This document shows positions 10,541 through 21,857 of a DNA stretch of 36,087 bases, one piece after another. The position numbers and the translations under genes are program-made. How positions within the stretch are numbered: the stretch's first letter is position 1; each line of letters opens with the position of its first letter. The stretch is from Octopus bimaculoides (Eukaryota). The stretch lies in the NCBI RefSeq assembly GCF_001194135.2, contig NC_068982.1:88703965-88740051 (forward strand), read 5' to 3'. A model generated the notes under the pieces. The model saw only the letters and a list, made by a program, of their open reading frames with translations. It was not told the DNA's origin and ran no database searches.

Positions 10541-11659
10541 GAACGTACGCTGGTACTTTTTTCAAGTGAGTTGATTGGAGAAATATGAATTGAAGTACCT
10601 TCCTCAAAGACACAATGCGCAGTCTGCTCTAAGAATTAATACAACGATCTTGGGATCGAGCCCGATTCTCAAAGCTAGTACAGCATTCGCCTTCGTATAG
10701 ATATCAGAAATAAATAAACCAAACACTGTTTGGGCTTCTCCATAATCGCTTGATGACGAAAAATACAATATTATCTCCATCATATAATGTAGGTAATGTA
10801 ATTCTATATGCCACTTTATAGAATGGTTGGTCAAAAACGGAGCATTTGTCTGTTCCATTAGAAATTAACTTTATCAATCAAAACAGCTACTAAATTAAAC
10901 TACTTTTTTTATGAATGTGTATTGATAAATGATTTAATAGGCTCATGAGAGTTAAGTCTTCTGATTGATTTTCAGACCCTGGGGCATGGTATGATTTTAG
11001 ACAAGGTTTTATGTTTTTCCAGTGCGCTCAGCTGCCCTTGCGAGTTGATCCTACGGTGGACTGGCGTCACATTCAGAAGAGTGTTTTGTCACTTTCAGAG
11101 TAATCGCATTGAAATTCAATAAGATTCGACTTCATGACATTGTAGGGTCGAGTCTTAATTAATGCATCCTCTACTTGCAGGAAGAACATATAGAAATAGC
11201 GTAAATGTATGTGTGAATTCATGATCTCTAAAATTAATTTATACATGTTATAGCTTAAAAAACTCACTCTTACGATGTATGAAGAAAATAAAAAAATGAG
11301 TATTCAATTAACGTCTATAAATGAGCACGCGCATGAATTCTATTCGTCTATTAACGTTTGATAACCTTCAGTGATAACTATCGTACATGCAGTTTCACAC
11401 AACATACACACACAGATATCTACGTCACAACGCGGGTGACACTATGTAGCTGCTAGTGATGCTAAAATTAGCAACCGGATTCCCTCCATTCACAACACGA
11501 TGTCTTAAAACAAAGTATATGTTGTGACTATATTGTGATAATGTAGTAGTGGATAAACGATGTCGTTTAAAAGACAAGATGGCTGTTGTTGGAATGCTTT
11601 TTTATCACAGGTTATCTCAATGAAGATTGACCTGAAACAATTTTATGGAATGGCGCAGG

Positions 11660-11822
11660 TTGAGTACACTGACTCATGTGGTTGACTGTTTCTTATTTCA
11701 TCGGCCTAGAAGGATGAAAGGCAAAGCCAACCTCGGCAGAATTTGAACTCAGATCATAAAGATGGACGAAATGCCGCTAAGCACTTTTCTCGGCGTGAAA
11801 ACGATTCTACCAGCTCGCCGCC
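11660..11822 (-). mobile_element. SINE family B with intact head
   Basis: Reverse complement reads ggcggcgagctggtagaatcgttttcacgccgagaaaagtgcttagcggcatttcgtc...gagttcaaattctgccgaggttggctttgcctttcatcc. Confidence 0.9.
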
Positions 11823-11834
11823 TTACAGTTTCTT

Positions 11835-11960
11835 ATCACATCAGTTTCAGATTTTGCACAAGGCCAGCAATTTCAGGGCATAGTGTAAGTCGAATACATC
11901 TACCAAAGTGCTAAACAGGTACCAAAGTGCTAAACTAGCACATTCAACCTCGGCGGAATA
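11835..11960 (-). mobile_element. SINE family B, 3' fragment with an internal 19-bp-period duplication
   Basis: Tail gctggccttgtgcaaaatctgaaac on the minus strand; taccaaagtgctaaac occurs at 11901 and 11920. Confidence 0.7.
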
Positions 11961-12558
11961 ACATCTTATATTGAAAAGAAGTATATGTTGGATAATGATA
12001 TCATGGCTATGTTATCTTAAAATAAGATAGATACATTGACCAAAACTTAGCCTGGGGCTAAAAGATATTTCATTAAGAGTTGCAGTTCTACTAATTGTTA
12101 AACCAATAACTACGATTTCCAGAAATGTGGATACCACTTAACAGGTTGAAAAGTTGTTTGACACAAACTAATTACTAATGACAACCTATTACGGCCTTTT
12201 ATGGAACGAAAGACGTGCCCAGTTGCTACTATAGTTACACAGATATATTTCAATTATTCTATGATGATATTCTTTTACTGGCTTCAATTACTGTTTGTTG
12301 ATTACATCGACTCTTATGCTTTGTGTGATATTTATTTCATCGTTATTGTACGATTGAAGTGCTAAGTAAACAGTGAAAATATAGATATTTTCGTTTGAAT
12401 TAAATACCGCTGCATATTTCTGTTCAAATATAGCAGTTCTCAGCCCAGAATAAATGCTCGCGCGCACGGGTGTGTATGCGAGTGAACGCGGGTGAATATG
12501 TGTATGTGATTTGGTAAGGATTTGTATATATAAAGGTGAAATTAATGCTTTGATTAAC

Positions 12559-12650
12559 TCTCTCTCCCGCTCTCTCTCTCTTTCTCTCTCTCTCTCTTTC
12601 TCTCTCTCTCTATCTATCTATCTATTTATCTATCTATCTATCTTTCTATC
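12559..12650. repeat. (CT)n + (TATC)n microsatellite
   Basis: Direct reading. Confidence 0.95.
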
Positions 12651-13949
12651 TTCTCGCTGGTTAGATCCTAATATTTCTCGAGTTTCTCAGTTTCTTTTGT
12701 CACCATTTTATTATCACATGGTATTATTGCAATGTCCAAGATCTTACTGTGCTTGTTATTTTCATCCTGCATAAACATATCTGATCTCCTTGAAATAACA
12801 CGGCCAGCTTTTATGGAGAAATTCCCTAAAATCATGTAATTATTTATTATTCAACATCACAGTCTCTGGGTCGTGCTCCTACCACATTTTTGACACCGAA
12901 TCCAGACATTCGGCAAAATTTGCAATGCTTTCTTTTATCGACACACTCCATACCAGTGTTTCTATACCATTTTGCTAGCTTACTGCAGTCAACTTAGGAG
13001 ATGCCTAATACTTTTGTCTCGATTTCCACAGAGTCTGCGTTTGCACTCGGACTAAGTTTTATCAATTTCTGCCTTTATCAATATTCGTTCCAACGGTTTA
13101 ATTCGCTTTCTAGCTTAGTTCTTATCTGTCATTGAGGAAGAATTTACTTAGCTAACTTGTCTTATATACTCGATCTTCTCCTTGTAAGCATGTATATTGT
13201 TGTTATTATTATTTCTTAACAAAATATCTTGTACCTTGTTCTTCCATTGATTTGCGTTAAGATCCGTATATTAATATATCACAAGGTAATGATGTTTCAT
13301 TTATCATGTTTACATTCTTCGCTTCAAATCAGTATGTTATTAATCTTAATATTTTTAATATATTCTTAAACAAAACATATATTTCTGCCTCAATCACCAC
13401 TTGTTCTTTATTTTCCCCTTCTTCAGTTAGCTAAGTAAATTCTTCCTAGTAATGCCACACTGGTTGTTGTTCTTACCATTGGTAACTTCAACTCAGTATT
13501 TCCGATCTTCTCCTTGTAAGCGTGCACATTATTATTATTATTATTATTATTTCTCCACTAAATATCCTGTACCTTGTTTTACCATTGACTTGCGTTAATA
13601 TCTGTATAATAATATAATATATTACTAGGCTATGATGTTTTATTTATGTTTTATATTTACTTTCTTCCTTAAGGAGAAATTTTTTTTTATATTTGATGAA
13701 CTCTCTTGGTTCTCTCCCTTCCTCCACTTTTGACTTACGACTTTTAGTTTACTTTTCTGTGATCTATTTTGCGCCCCCCCCCCATTTTAATCATTTAATT
13801 AAAACCTTTAGTATAACGTTTACAACCCCCTCCGTTTATAACTCTATGTAAACAAGCGTTCTTACTTCTAACAGTCACTTACTTGGCCATGTAATATTAT
13901 AACTCGAAAGTTACCTCATCATTTCGCATTTGTCTTGCTTTTATATGTT

Positions 13950-14037
13950 GGTTCCCTGACGATGAATATATGTGGAATTCCAGCAGGTCTTACTTCTTTG
14001 GAGTAGACACACATATTTTGAAACATGTGTAGGAATT
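13950..14037 (+). ncRNA. Type I hammerhead ribozyme motif (minimal, palindromic loop III), probably PLE-associated
   Basis: Stem I GGUUCC (13950-55) / GGAAUU (14032-37); core CUGACGA (13956-62); stem II includes AUAUGUG (13968-74) / CACAUAU (14010-16); GAAAC (14020-24); loop AUGU; cleavage triplet GUA (14029-31). Confidence 0.75.
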
Positions 14038-15121
14038 TAAGGAACTTCTATTTATATTCGTTTTGCTCCATCTATTGTTATTATTCATATCTACTCATAA
14101 TGCATCACTTCAACTTGGTATCTCTACCTATAAAAGGGGTGTGATATCCTGGTTTTTGTGTAATTTTTGCTACCCATGGTAACTATTAACATATTTACAT
14201 TGTCAAAGTTATTTTTGATAATTGATGTATTCTCGTGGATACATTCATCGTTATTTATTGAAGATTTCTAACTACAACAGGTTAAACTAGTTTAACATCT
14301 CACATAATAGAGCAATAAATATTAGTATTATATCAAATGGATGTTTCACAAAACTATTCCGCACATACAATAACAGCATTATCCACAATCCAACATATCT
14401 CCATCATCAGCTGCCCCACAGATATTACTATAGTTTCATCACCTGGGCATTCTATCCGGCGGTTCAACAGCATTAAAATAAGTGTTGGTTGGGAACAAAC
14501 ATACCTTAGATATCACAACATTCATTCAATCTTAATTCTAGGTAGGATTAAACACTAATATTAGAGATTAAACTACAACAAAGAAACACATTTATCGTGT
14601 GTACAAAAACAGTATCTGTAAATAAATTCAATAAGTAAACCTGTAACTAAACCCTAAGTTATCTAACTAAATAGTAACCTAGCCCGTGATGTTCATGCAG
14701 ATAATATTCTCACCAGTCTTCAATAGTTATAATTATAAAAGTGAAAGCTTTTATATTCTCTTCTTTCCAAAACAAAAGAAGCTTGATTGAACTTAACTGA
14801 ACTGATAATATAACCATTTATTTATTAACATTAAGGCTCCTTAAAAATACCTGGTCTTCGTTCTTACATTTGTATTATGCATATCATACCGAAGAGATGA
14901 GAACACCACCTGCTTTGCATGTAAATGAATATATCACGTGTTCAACTCATGATCATTGAGCTCATGAATGCGTGATGCAACGTTAAAAGATTTTCACAAT
15001 CAAATAGAATCTTGATGACTAATCACATCCATGTGCGTGTAAATATTTACAATATAATTATAATAGTTACGATGAAAGATCAGCCACATATTGTACATAC
15101 ATATTGTACATACATATTGTA

Positions 15122-15338
15122 CAAGAGGTTATTGAAAAGTTCCTGGCTTTAAGGGTATCACGAAAAGTCTGGTTGAAGGCCCAAACTTCCGAGTTATTTT
15201 ACAGTGCTTAGAAAAACTGAAGGACCGCTGCAATAAGTGTGTGAATCTGAGAGGAGAATATGTTAGATAAAGTCATAATCAACTGATCCTCCTATATTCT
15301 CTTTTACCCAAAGACAGGAACTTTTCAACAACACCTCG
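15122..15338 (+). mobile_element. Mariner-derived MITE (217 bp)
   Basis: TIRs caagaggttattgaaaagttcctggcttt / aaagacaggaacttttcaacaacacctcg with TA on both sides. The interior retains the mariner C-terminus LEKLKDRCNKCVNLRGEYV. Confidence 0.88.
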
Positions 15339-15358
15339 TATATATGAATCTACGTATA

Positions 15359-15359
<1 letters not shown>

Positions 15360-15432
<73 letters not shown>
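15360..15432. repeat. (TG)n microsatellite
   Basis: Direct reading. Confidence 0.97.
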
Positions 15433-15433
<1 letters not shown>

Positions 15434-16052
15434 TTATACCTTAATCTTCTATACTACCTACCTTTTCTCATAAAATGTTAGTTTACACGATGTGTTAAAA
15501 TGGAAACCAGAACGATGTGTTTCTGAAGTGAACTTTTTAACCGCAATCTTTCACATCGTATTTCTTTTTCACTTCATCTAAAGAAAAGATAACCTTTATA
15601 ACGGGAGTGAATGTACTTTACTAAATTTATAACTGTTTATGAGTATTTTATTTGTAGTGTAGATGCCGTTGAGAATTACACTCTGAAGTATAAAGCTACC
15701 AATTAAATAGCATTTTGAACCAGATTTCTCTTAATCGTCTTTACACTCATTTTTTGGTTTATATATTTAACGTTTGCATATACACCTCAAACACATCTAC
15801 ACAACATAACTCAGCTTCGCTTCAGGTAACAGGTTTTGTCTCTTGAGACTCATTATATACTTTTTCTTGCGATCCATTCTTATAAGATTATGAGTTTTGT
15901 TACATATTTTCAAACACACCCACTAAATATACTCTTATCGTTGCCAATGACTTTAAAAGTTTGTTCGTATTAATAAATAAATGATTACTGTATTTATTAC
16001 AGCTTTACATTTGGCATTTGTAATTACTATTCATGTATTTAGATTTGCTATT

Positions 16053-16304
16053 TGTTGTGCGAGATTACGGCGCACCCTGGCGAGAATGGACTGGACAATA
16101 CATATAAATAGCGGTTTGATTAAGTGACGTATTTCGTGCTAGTTCCACATTCGTGTGTTGATAGTCCAAAGTTAGCAGTTCGAGATAGTGTGTTGGATTG
16201 TTGGTTCTTTAAAGATTGTTTTCACGTGTAGTTGTTGTTGATTGTTATGATTATATAGTTATTATACTGTTGCAGTGTATTCGTTTATCCACAAGGATAT
16301 AACA
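16053..16304 (+). repeat. 5' LTR of a Ty3/Gypsy element
   Basis: TGTT...AACA termini; TATAAATA at 16103-16110; followed by a PBS; homologous to 20782-20973. Confidence 0.85.
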
Positions 16305-16306
16305 TC

Positions 16307-16319
16307 TGGCAACGAGGAT
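16307..16319 (+). promoter_or_regulatory. Primer-binding site for tRNA-Ser(GCU)
   Basis: TGGCAACGAGGAT matches 12 of 13 bases of TGGCGACGAGGAT, the complement of the tRNA-Ser(GCU) 3' end (...ATCCTCGTCGCCA). It lies 2 nt after the LTR. Confidence 0.8.
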
Positions 16320-16359
16320 CGCTCGAAACTCACATTGCTTATTTGATAATTTCTGCGTC

Positions 16360-18204
16360 ATAGAAAACCTATTAGCCGCAGTAGTACAGCTTCAAAAGAA
16401 GCAAAAGGAACAACTACAAGAGTTTCAAAAACAAACACAACAGCAATAACAACAACTAAGTTACAACCGGGGAAGTCCGAAAATCCATTAAACTCGTTTA
16501 CGCCAGATGGCGTGTTTAATGCAATTTCTGAACTTACGTATAATCCGGAGGAGGGTATTATATTTTCCGCATGTTATAGAAGATACGAGGGAATTTTTTA
16601 CAACGAGTGCAAGTCATTATCGGAAGGGCAGAAAGTAAGTATTTTAATAAGCAAAGTAGCTCCTACCGAACTTGAGTGTTAATGTCACTTTTTTTCTGCC
16701 CAAAGATTTGAGTGAAACTGGTTTCCAAGAAACAGTGGAACTGCTTTCAAAAATGCTTTTGTGATAGTTCATTATTCAACACTAGAATGGAATGCTGGAA
16801 CTTTACAAAAAATGAGGAAGGTGATTTTATCACCTACACCGGAGTATTGACTACAACCGTGTGTTCAAGAATTTTAAACTTCAGCATCTCACTCAGGATA
16901 TGTTCAAATCACTTATGTTCGCGCAAGGACTTATAGCACATGGAGATAGAGAAATTTAGGCAATGATTCTCTCGTGAAATGGAACTAGCGAACCAGGATT
17001 TATCTCTACAGACCATCGCAGAAGAATGTCAGACTATGGTAAATGTTAAACATGATGTCAAAAAAATAAAAGAGAAAGACTCTACAAAAATTCAAATTTG
17101 TCGTCCTGGGAAGCACAATAAAAAAAAAGTTTCAGGACTCAAACCGTGTTATGGTTGTGGATGCCTACACTGCAAAAAGGATTGTGAGTTTAAAAACAAA
17201 AAGTGCTATAGTTGTCAGAAGCTGGGACAAAGGAGTTCTCATTGCAGAGCAAGACAACGAGGCTCAAACACAAAATCTTCTGAGGTATTTTCAGCGGAGA
17301 GTGATTGCGACGGGAAAACAAGAAAATTCGTGCGCGTAAAAGTAAATGATGTGAATACCAAATTGAAGTTAGACACAGGTAATGAAATCTCAATTATAAA
17401 TGCGAATACTTGCAAAATGAAATCGGTAAGGCGAGATTACGTAAAACAGCGAAAATAGCAGGTGGTGTAATGGGCGAAAAATTACATTTCATGGGCAAAA
17501 TATGTGTCGGTATCACATTTCGAGGAGAGACATGCAAAGGAAAATTATTCCTTGTGGATAAAACAATCAATCTGTTTGGCACAGATTGGTTAAAACTCTT
17601 CGATTTATGGCACCTCCCCATAAATCTTTATTGCAATAACATAAATGGTTGACTCGTTAAAAACAAGTCTTCGGGAGAACTGAAGAAAAATTGAAAACAA
17701 ATGTTCCCGCAAGTGTTATCAGAGGATTTAGGTGTATGTAGAAAGACGGAAGCCTATTTCGAAGTAAGTGAAAACGCTCTACCTGTATTTAAATAAAACA
17801 GAAAAGTACCGTTGGCGGTAATTTAAACTGTAAATTAAGAGTTGAACAGACCCGAAAAGAGTGGAGTCATCAAAAAGGTAGATTACTTGAAGTGGGCGGC
17901 ACTCACGGTATGTATTAAAAAAAAAATAATAAGAAGATTAGGCTGTGTGCAGATTTCTCTATAGGACTGAACGACTGCTTAAAAAGTACCACCGTCTACT
18001 CCTGACTGTAGAGGACATTTTTTCAAAGTTAAATGGTGGAATTGTTTTCCAAATTAGATCTATGTGAACCCTACTTACAGATAAAAGTAAAGAAAATGCT
18101 CCAATTATTTGACAATAAATAAACACAGAAAATTGTACAGATGCACACGATTACCTTTTGGATTGAAAGTGGCACCAGCAATATTCCAGCAAATCATGGT
18201 TACA
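16360..18204 (+). mobile_element. Ty3/Gypsy internal region: gag (two CCHC-type knuckles), aspartic protease and RT N-terminus; pseudogenised and truncated before YxDD
   Basis: Gag-like ISELTYNPEEGIIFSACYRRYEGIF and SLFNTRMECWNFTK; CYGCGCLHCKKDC...CYSCQKLGQRSSHC; protease LKLDTG; RT KIRLCADFSIGLND and YRCTRLPFGLKVAPAIFQQIM. Confidence 0.9.
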
Positions 18205-18830
18205 CTCCCACTCCCATACTTGGACTATCCGGTCCATCGACCCCCCCCCCCCGAAAAGCTGGGCGAAGTGCTTCTGAAAAGTCTTACATATCTCCTCGGG
18301 TTCGTTTACCGACTCACCTTGTAGGTTCTCCAAAGATCGAATTGTGGAATCATTTCCACGTTGGGCTTCTAGCACTCAAGCCCATCCAGTGACTCTGATC
18401 ACCTCGCAACCCATTGCACGAAGTCTAGCCCTGACAATACAATACAATACACCCCATGTGTTTGTCTTCGAGGTGCTGGTTTAATTCCAGTCTCTTTGCC
18501 CTCACCTGAGATGCATTGCCAGTCGCCACGGCTTCCTCTATGGCCTTAGCTAGTTCTACTTTCCTCCTACATTCTCTAGCCACTACACATATGCTATATC
18601 TACTAGACTAAAATTTAATAGCTCATTTTATGGCGTATCACCATTTATTGTTAATGATGGTACCTGTCAATGACCTCTGTATCAATAACTTAATCCGGTT
18701 CCTGTACTCCTCAATCACCAAAAGGGATTTATTGAGTTTCTAGTAGCCGGATCCTTTACTATGTAACTTATCTAGGTTCAGCTTACAAGTGACAAACTTG
18801 TGATCACTGTAGATGACCATGTTCAACTTT
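18205..18830 (-). mobile_element. Tx1/L1-clade LINE ORF2, endonuclease C-terminus and linker, inverted
   Basis: Minus strand reads YSDHKFVTCKLNLDKLHSKGSGY*KLNKSLL...VRARLRAMG...VLEAQRGNDSTIRSL...EPEEICKTFQKHFAQLFG. Confidence 0.85.
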
Positions 18831-18984
18831 GTTTTCTCCTCCTTTCTGGGTGATGCTTCACTTGTACTAGGCTTCGGTGATTCTTCCGTTTAGAACTTCC
18901 TTGTTGAGTTCTGGTTTCGAGATTCTCTCTCCGAAGACATTATTTATGGTTTCTTTTCAGAAAAATCTCCACTTCAAGCGCTGC

Positions 18985-20781
18985 ACCAGAGAAGGGTTGG
19001 TAAAAGTACTAGCAAAGGTGGGTCACTGGTGCATTTAGACCAGTCTAAAGCTTTCTCTTGAGTCGATCATCGGTACTTGGCGGCGTTTCTTGGGGAGGCC
19101 GGGCTAGGCCCGACTTTCCGAGGCTGCATCGCTTCTATGTACACCAACATCGAGTCTGTCGTTTAAGTGAATGGTGTCCTTTCAAAACTATTCGAGAAAA
19201 AGCGCTCTGTTCGTTTGGGGTGTCCCCTGTCCCCACGTTTATACGTGCTGGATCTTGAGCCATTACTGCGAAGGTTGGAGGCTATTGGGAACAACCCGCG
19301 TGATCTGAGTGGAGGGAAGACGGCGACCACGTATGCGGATGACATCACCATCATTGTGTCGGATGAAGGGCAGCCACATTGTGTAGAAAACGCCATCAGA
19401 AGATAGGAAGTGGTGGTAGGGGCAGGAATTAATCAGCATAAGTCGGTCGGCTTGCAACTAGGTACCTGGAGGGGTAAGTCGATGTCGTCCGATAATGTCG
19501 TGGGACGTTGAACGGAAAGTCCTGTTATGATGCTATGGGTCTGGTTTCATACAGATCTCCAGATGGAGAAGAATTGGGTGTGGTAACTAGCAAGTTAATT
19601 GCCCTAACCAAAACCCGGTCTGGAAGTGCGTTATCGCTTCTAGGAAGGGCGGAGGTGACGCGGGTGTTTATTGCATCCGTTATCACCTACCGTCTGACCG
19701 TCGTGCCTCGTCCCGATTCGCTTTTTGTGGAAGGGGAGGCCACTTATAAGGCGCTCTATCTGCTAGCAAAAACTGTTAAAGACTAGGCATGCCGTTGTTG
19801 AGGATGCGCAAATTTGCGTTGAGGCTTAGGCATCTCTGGTATCACTTGGATGATGAGCAGGTGCAGTCACCGCTCGCGAAGTTCTTCCTTCCACAGTTGA
19901 CCCCTATCGGGATTTAGGTTCTTGGATCAAGTGAAGATCTAGGCTGGTGCTTGGCAAATGGAGTGATGAGAGGCACTGAGGCTTCTTTCCCGGACGGGCA
20001 ACATTTTATGGCGGGTTAGTGGAATATATGTCAGACGATGTGCCGGTGGAGATTCTTGGCTTCGATAGGACTTTNNNNNNNNNNNNNNNNNNNNNNNNNN
20101 NNNNNNNNNNNNNNNNNNNNNNNNNNNNNNNNNNNNNNNNNNNNNNNNNNNNNNNNNNNNNNNNNNNNNNNNNNNNNNNNNNNNNNNNNNNNNNNNNNNN
20201 NNNNNNNNNNNNNNNNNNNNNNNNNNNNNNNNNNNNNNNNNNNNNNNNNNNNNNNNNNNNNNNNNNNNNNNNNNNNNNNNNNNNNNNNNNNNNNNNNNNN
20301 NNNNNNNNNNNNNNNNNNNNNNNNNNNNNNNNNNNNNNNNNNNNNNNNNNNNNNNNNNNNNNNNNNNNNNNNNNNNNNNNNNNNNNNNNNNNNNNNNNNN
20401 NNNNNNNNNNNNNNNNNNNNNNNNNNNNNNNNNNNNNNNGAAAGGTATTGCGACATGTGTCTTTATTTCCAGCCAAGGTGTAGTTAATTTCTTTAACTAT
20501 CACCTTAAAACTAAGATCAGGCTAGAAAAGAGATACCTGTCACATAGCACGTTTCACAGAAAGATGGCAGAATGTGGAGAAAGTTGAGGATGAATGAAGT
20601 CGGCTAAGCTCAGCCATCCAACCGACATATAAGGAAAGTCAGTCAACGGCGGCGGACCTGTAAGCCCAGGTAACTTTCACGTGATATGTGTAAATATTTA
20701 TTTATAATTTTATTAATTTTGAATCGAAATGTTTAAAATCGATCCCCTCTTCATTATGCCCTGTGTGGCAAATAAAGAAAA
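18985..20781 (+). mobile_element. Tx1/L1-clade LINE, RT to 3' end (spans gap 20075-20439)
   Basis: GGSLVHLDQSKAF, SVRLGCPLSPRLYVLDLEPLLRRL, YADDITIIVS, INQHKSVGLQLGTW, LSLLGRAEV. After the gap, VVNFFNYHLKTKIRLEKRYLS (ORF2 C-terminus-like) and a 3' end AATAAAGAAAA at 20771-20781. Confidence 0.85.
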
Positions 20782-20973
20782 TGTTCGCCCTAGTTCCACA
20801 GTTCGTGAGTTGATAGTTCAAAGTTGGAGTTCTAAGTTTACAGTTCGATTTAGCATGTTGGATTGTTGGTTCTTTAAATATTGTTGTTACGTTCCGTGTG
20901 GTTACTGCCGTTTGTTTCCGTGTGGTTACTGCCGTTTGTTGCAGTGTATTCGTTTATCCATACGGATATAACA
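20782..20973 (+). repeat. 3' LTR remnant (lacks U3) with an internal 24-bp tandem duplication
   Basis: Aligns to the 5' LTR from ctagttccaca (20790 vs 16139) to ggatataaca. ttccgtgtggttactgccgtttgt occurs twice (20892-20939). Confidence 0.85.
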
Positions 20974-21237
20974 CTGTGCTAATTTATCTTAAAGTGATTC
21001 TGATTTGTTTATCAAGATTTCTGTTACTACTACCAATCTTTTCTCGTCTAAAAATCTTTCCCGACGAGTCTTGATATTTTGTTTTTATTTGTAACTGTAT
21101 GAGCGCTTATAATCCTTATATTTCTTTTTTTTTTTTAAAGTCTTATCTGTTTTTAACAACATACGCCCAAAATGGGAGGTTATCCGGTCAAACAGTGCGT
21201 GTTACCTAGGGATGACATTTTGGCTCAGATCAAAGCG

Positions 21238-21290
21238 TCGCCGTCGCCACCAACACCACCACCACCACCGCCACCACCACCACCGCCGGT

Positions 21291-21324
<34 letters not shown>

Positions 21325-21342
21325 CAGCAGCANNNNNNNNNN

Positions 21343-21384
<42 letters not shown>

Positions 21385-21430
21385 CAGCAGCAGAAGAAGC
21401 AGAAGAAGCAGAAGCAACAGCAGTAGTAGT
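21238..21430. repeat. Compound trinucleotide repeats (CAC)n-(TAG)n-(CAG/AGA)n with a short gap
   Basis: Direct reading. Confidence 0.95.
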
Positions 21431-21679
21431 TAAATATATAGATAATAAAATATAATTTTTGCTGAAACCAAGTGCTGCTTTGGTTGTCATGATAACTTCT
21501 CTGGAGATATGTGAATATGCAACATGTTTGAGATGCTGAAAAATCACCATAGTTGTCTGTACTACAAACATTTGGTCCATCAAATGTAGTTCCATAGTTT
21601 AACTACATAATCAATGCCACCATTACTCATAGTCACACTGATGATGCGGTTACTCTTTTAGTACGTTGCAGATGAAAAC

Positions 21680-21857
21680 GGTGGCGGGTTGAACGAATCA
21701 TTTGAGCGTCAGACAAATATCTCGCTGAGTTCAAATCATACTGTGGTGGGCATTTTTGCGGAGTTGATTAAATGAAATACCAGTGAAGTACTGACATTGA
21801 TTGTATTGGCTAGCACTCTTCCCTCAAAATTCTTGGGCTTACAACTAAATTTGCATC
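21680..21857 (+). mobile_element. SINE family B, old full-length copy
   Basis: ggtggcgggttgaacgaatc...gagttcaaatc...taccagtgaagtactg...cttccctcaaaattcttgggctt, colinear with the other family B copies. Confidence 0.65.

Noticed and set aside
12990-13060. Third hammerhead-like skeleton on the minus strand (CGAGAC-AAAA-GUA)
   Set aside because: CUGANGA is not recognisable and GAAA is mutated; too degenerate to call.
13365-13435. Minus-strand hammerhead as an active ribozyme
   Set aside because: No stem II can be formed and stem I has a mismatch. Retained only as context in the 13135-13660 finding.
14270-14640. Possible PLE ORF start downstream of the hammerhead
   Set aside because: The resemblance is too weak by eye; it needs a profile search.
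15086-15123. 13-bp tandem repeat (acatattgtacat, about 3 copies) abutting the MITE
   Set aside because: Most simply local slippage; no further structure.
21460-21620. Minus-strand Cys-containing peptide GTTFDGPNVCSTDNYGDF as a host exon
   Set aside because: No convincing splice sites or domain pattern, and no partner exons.
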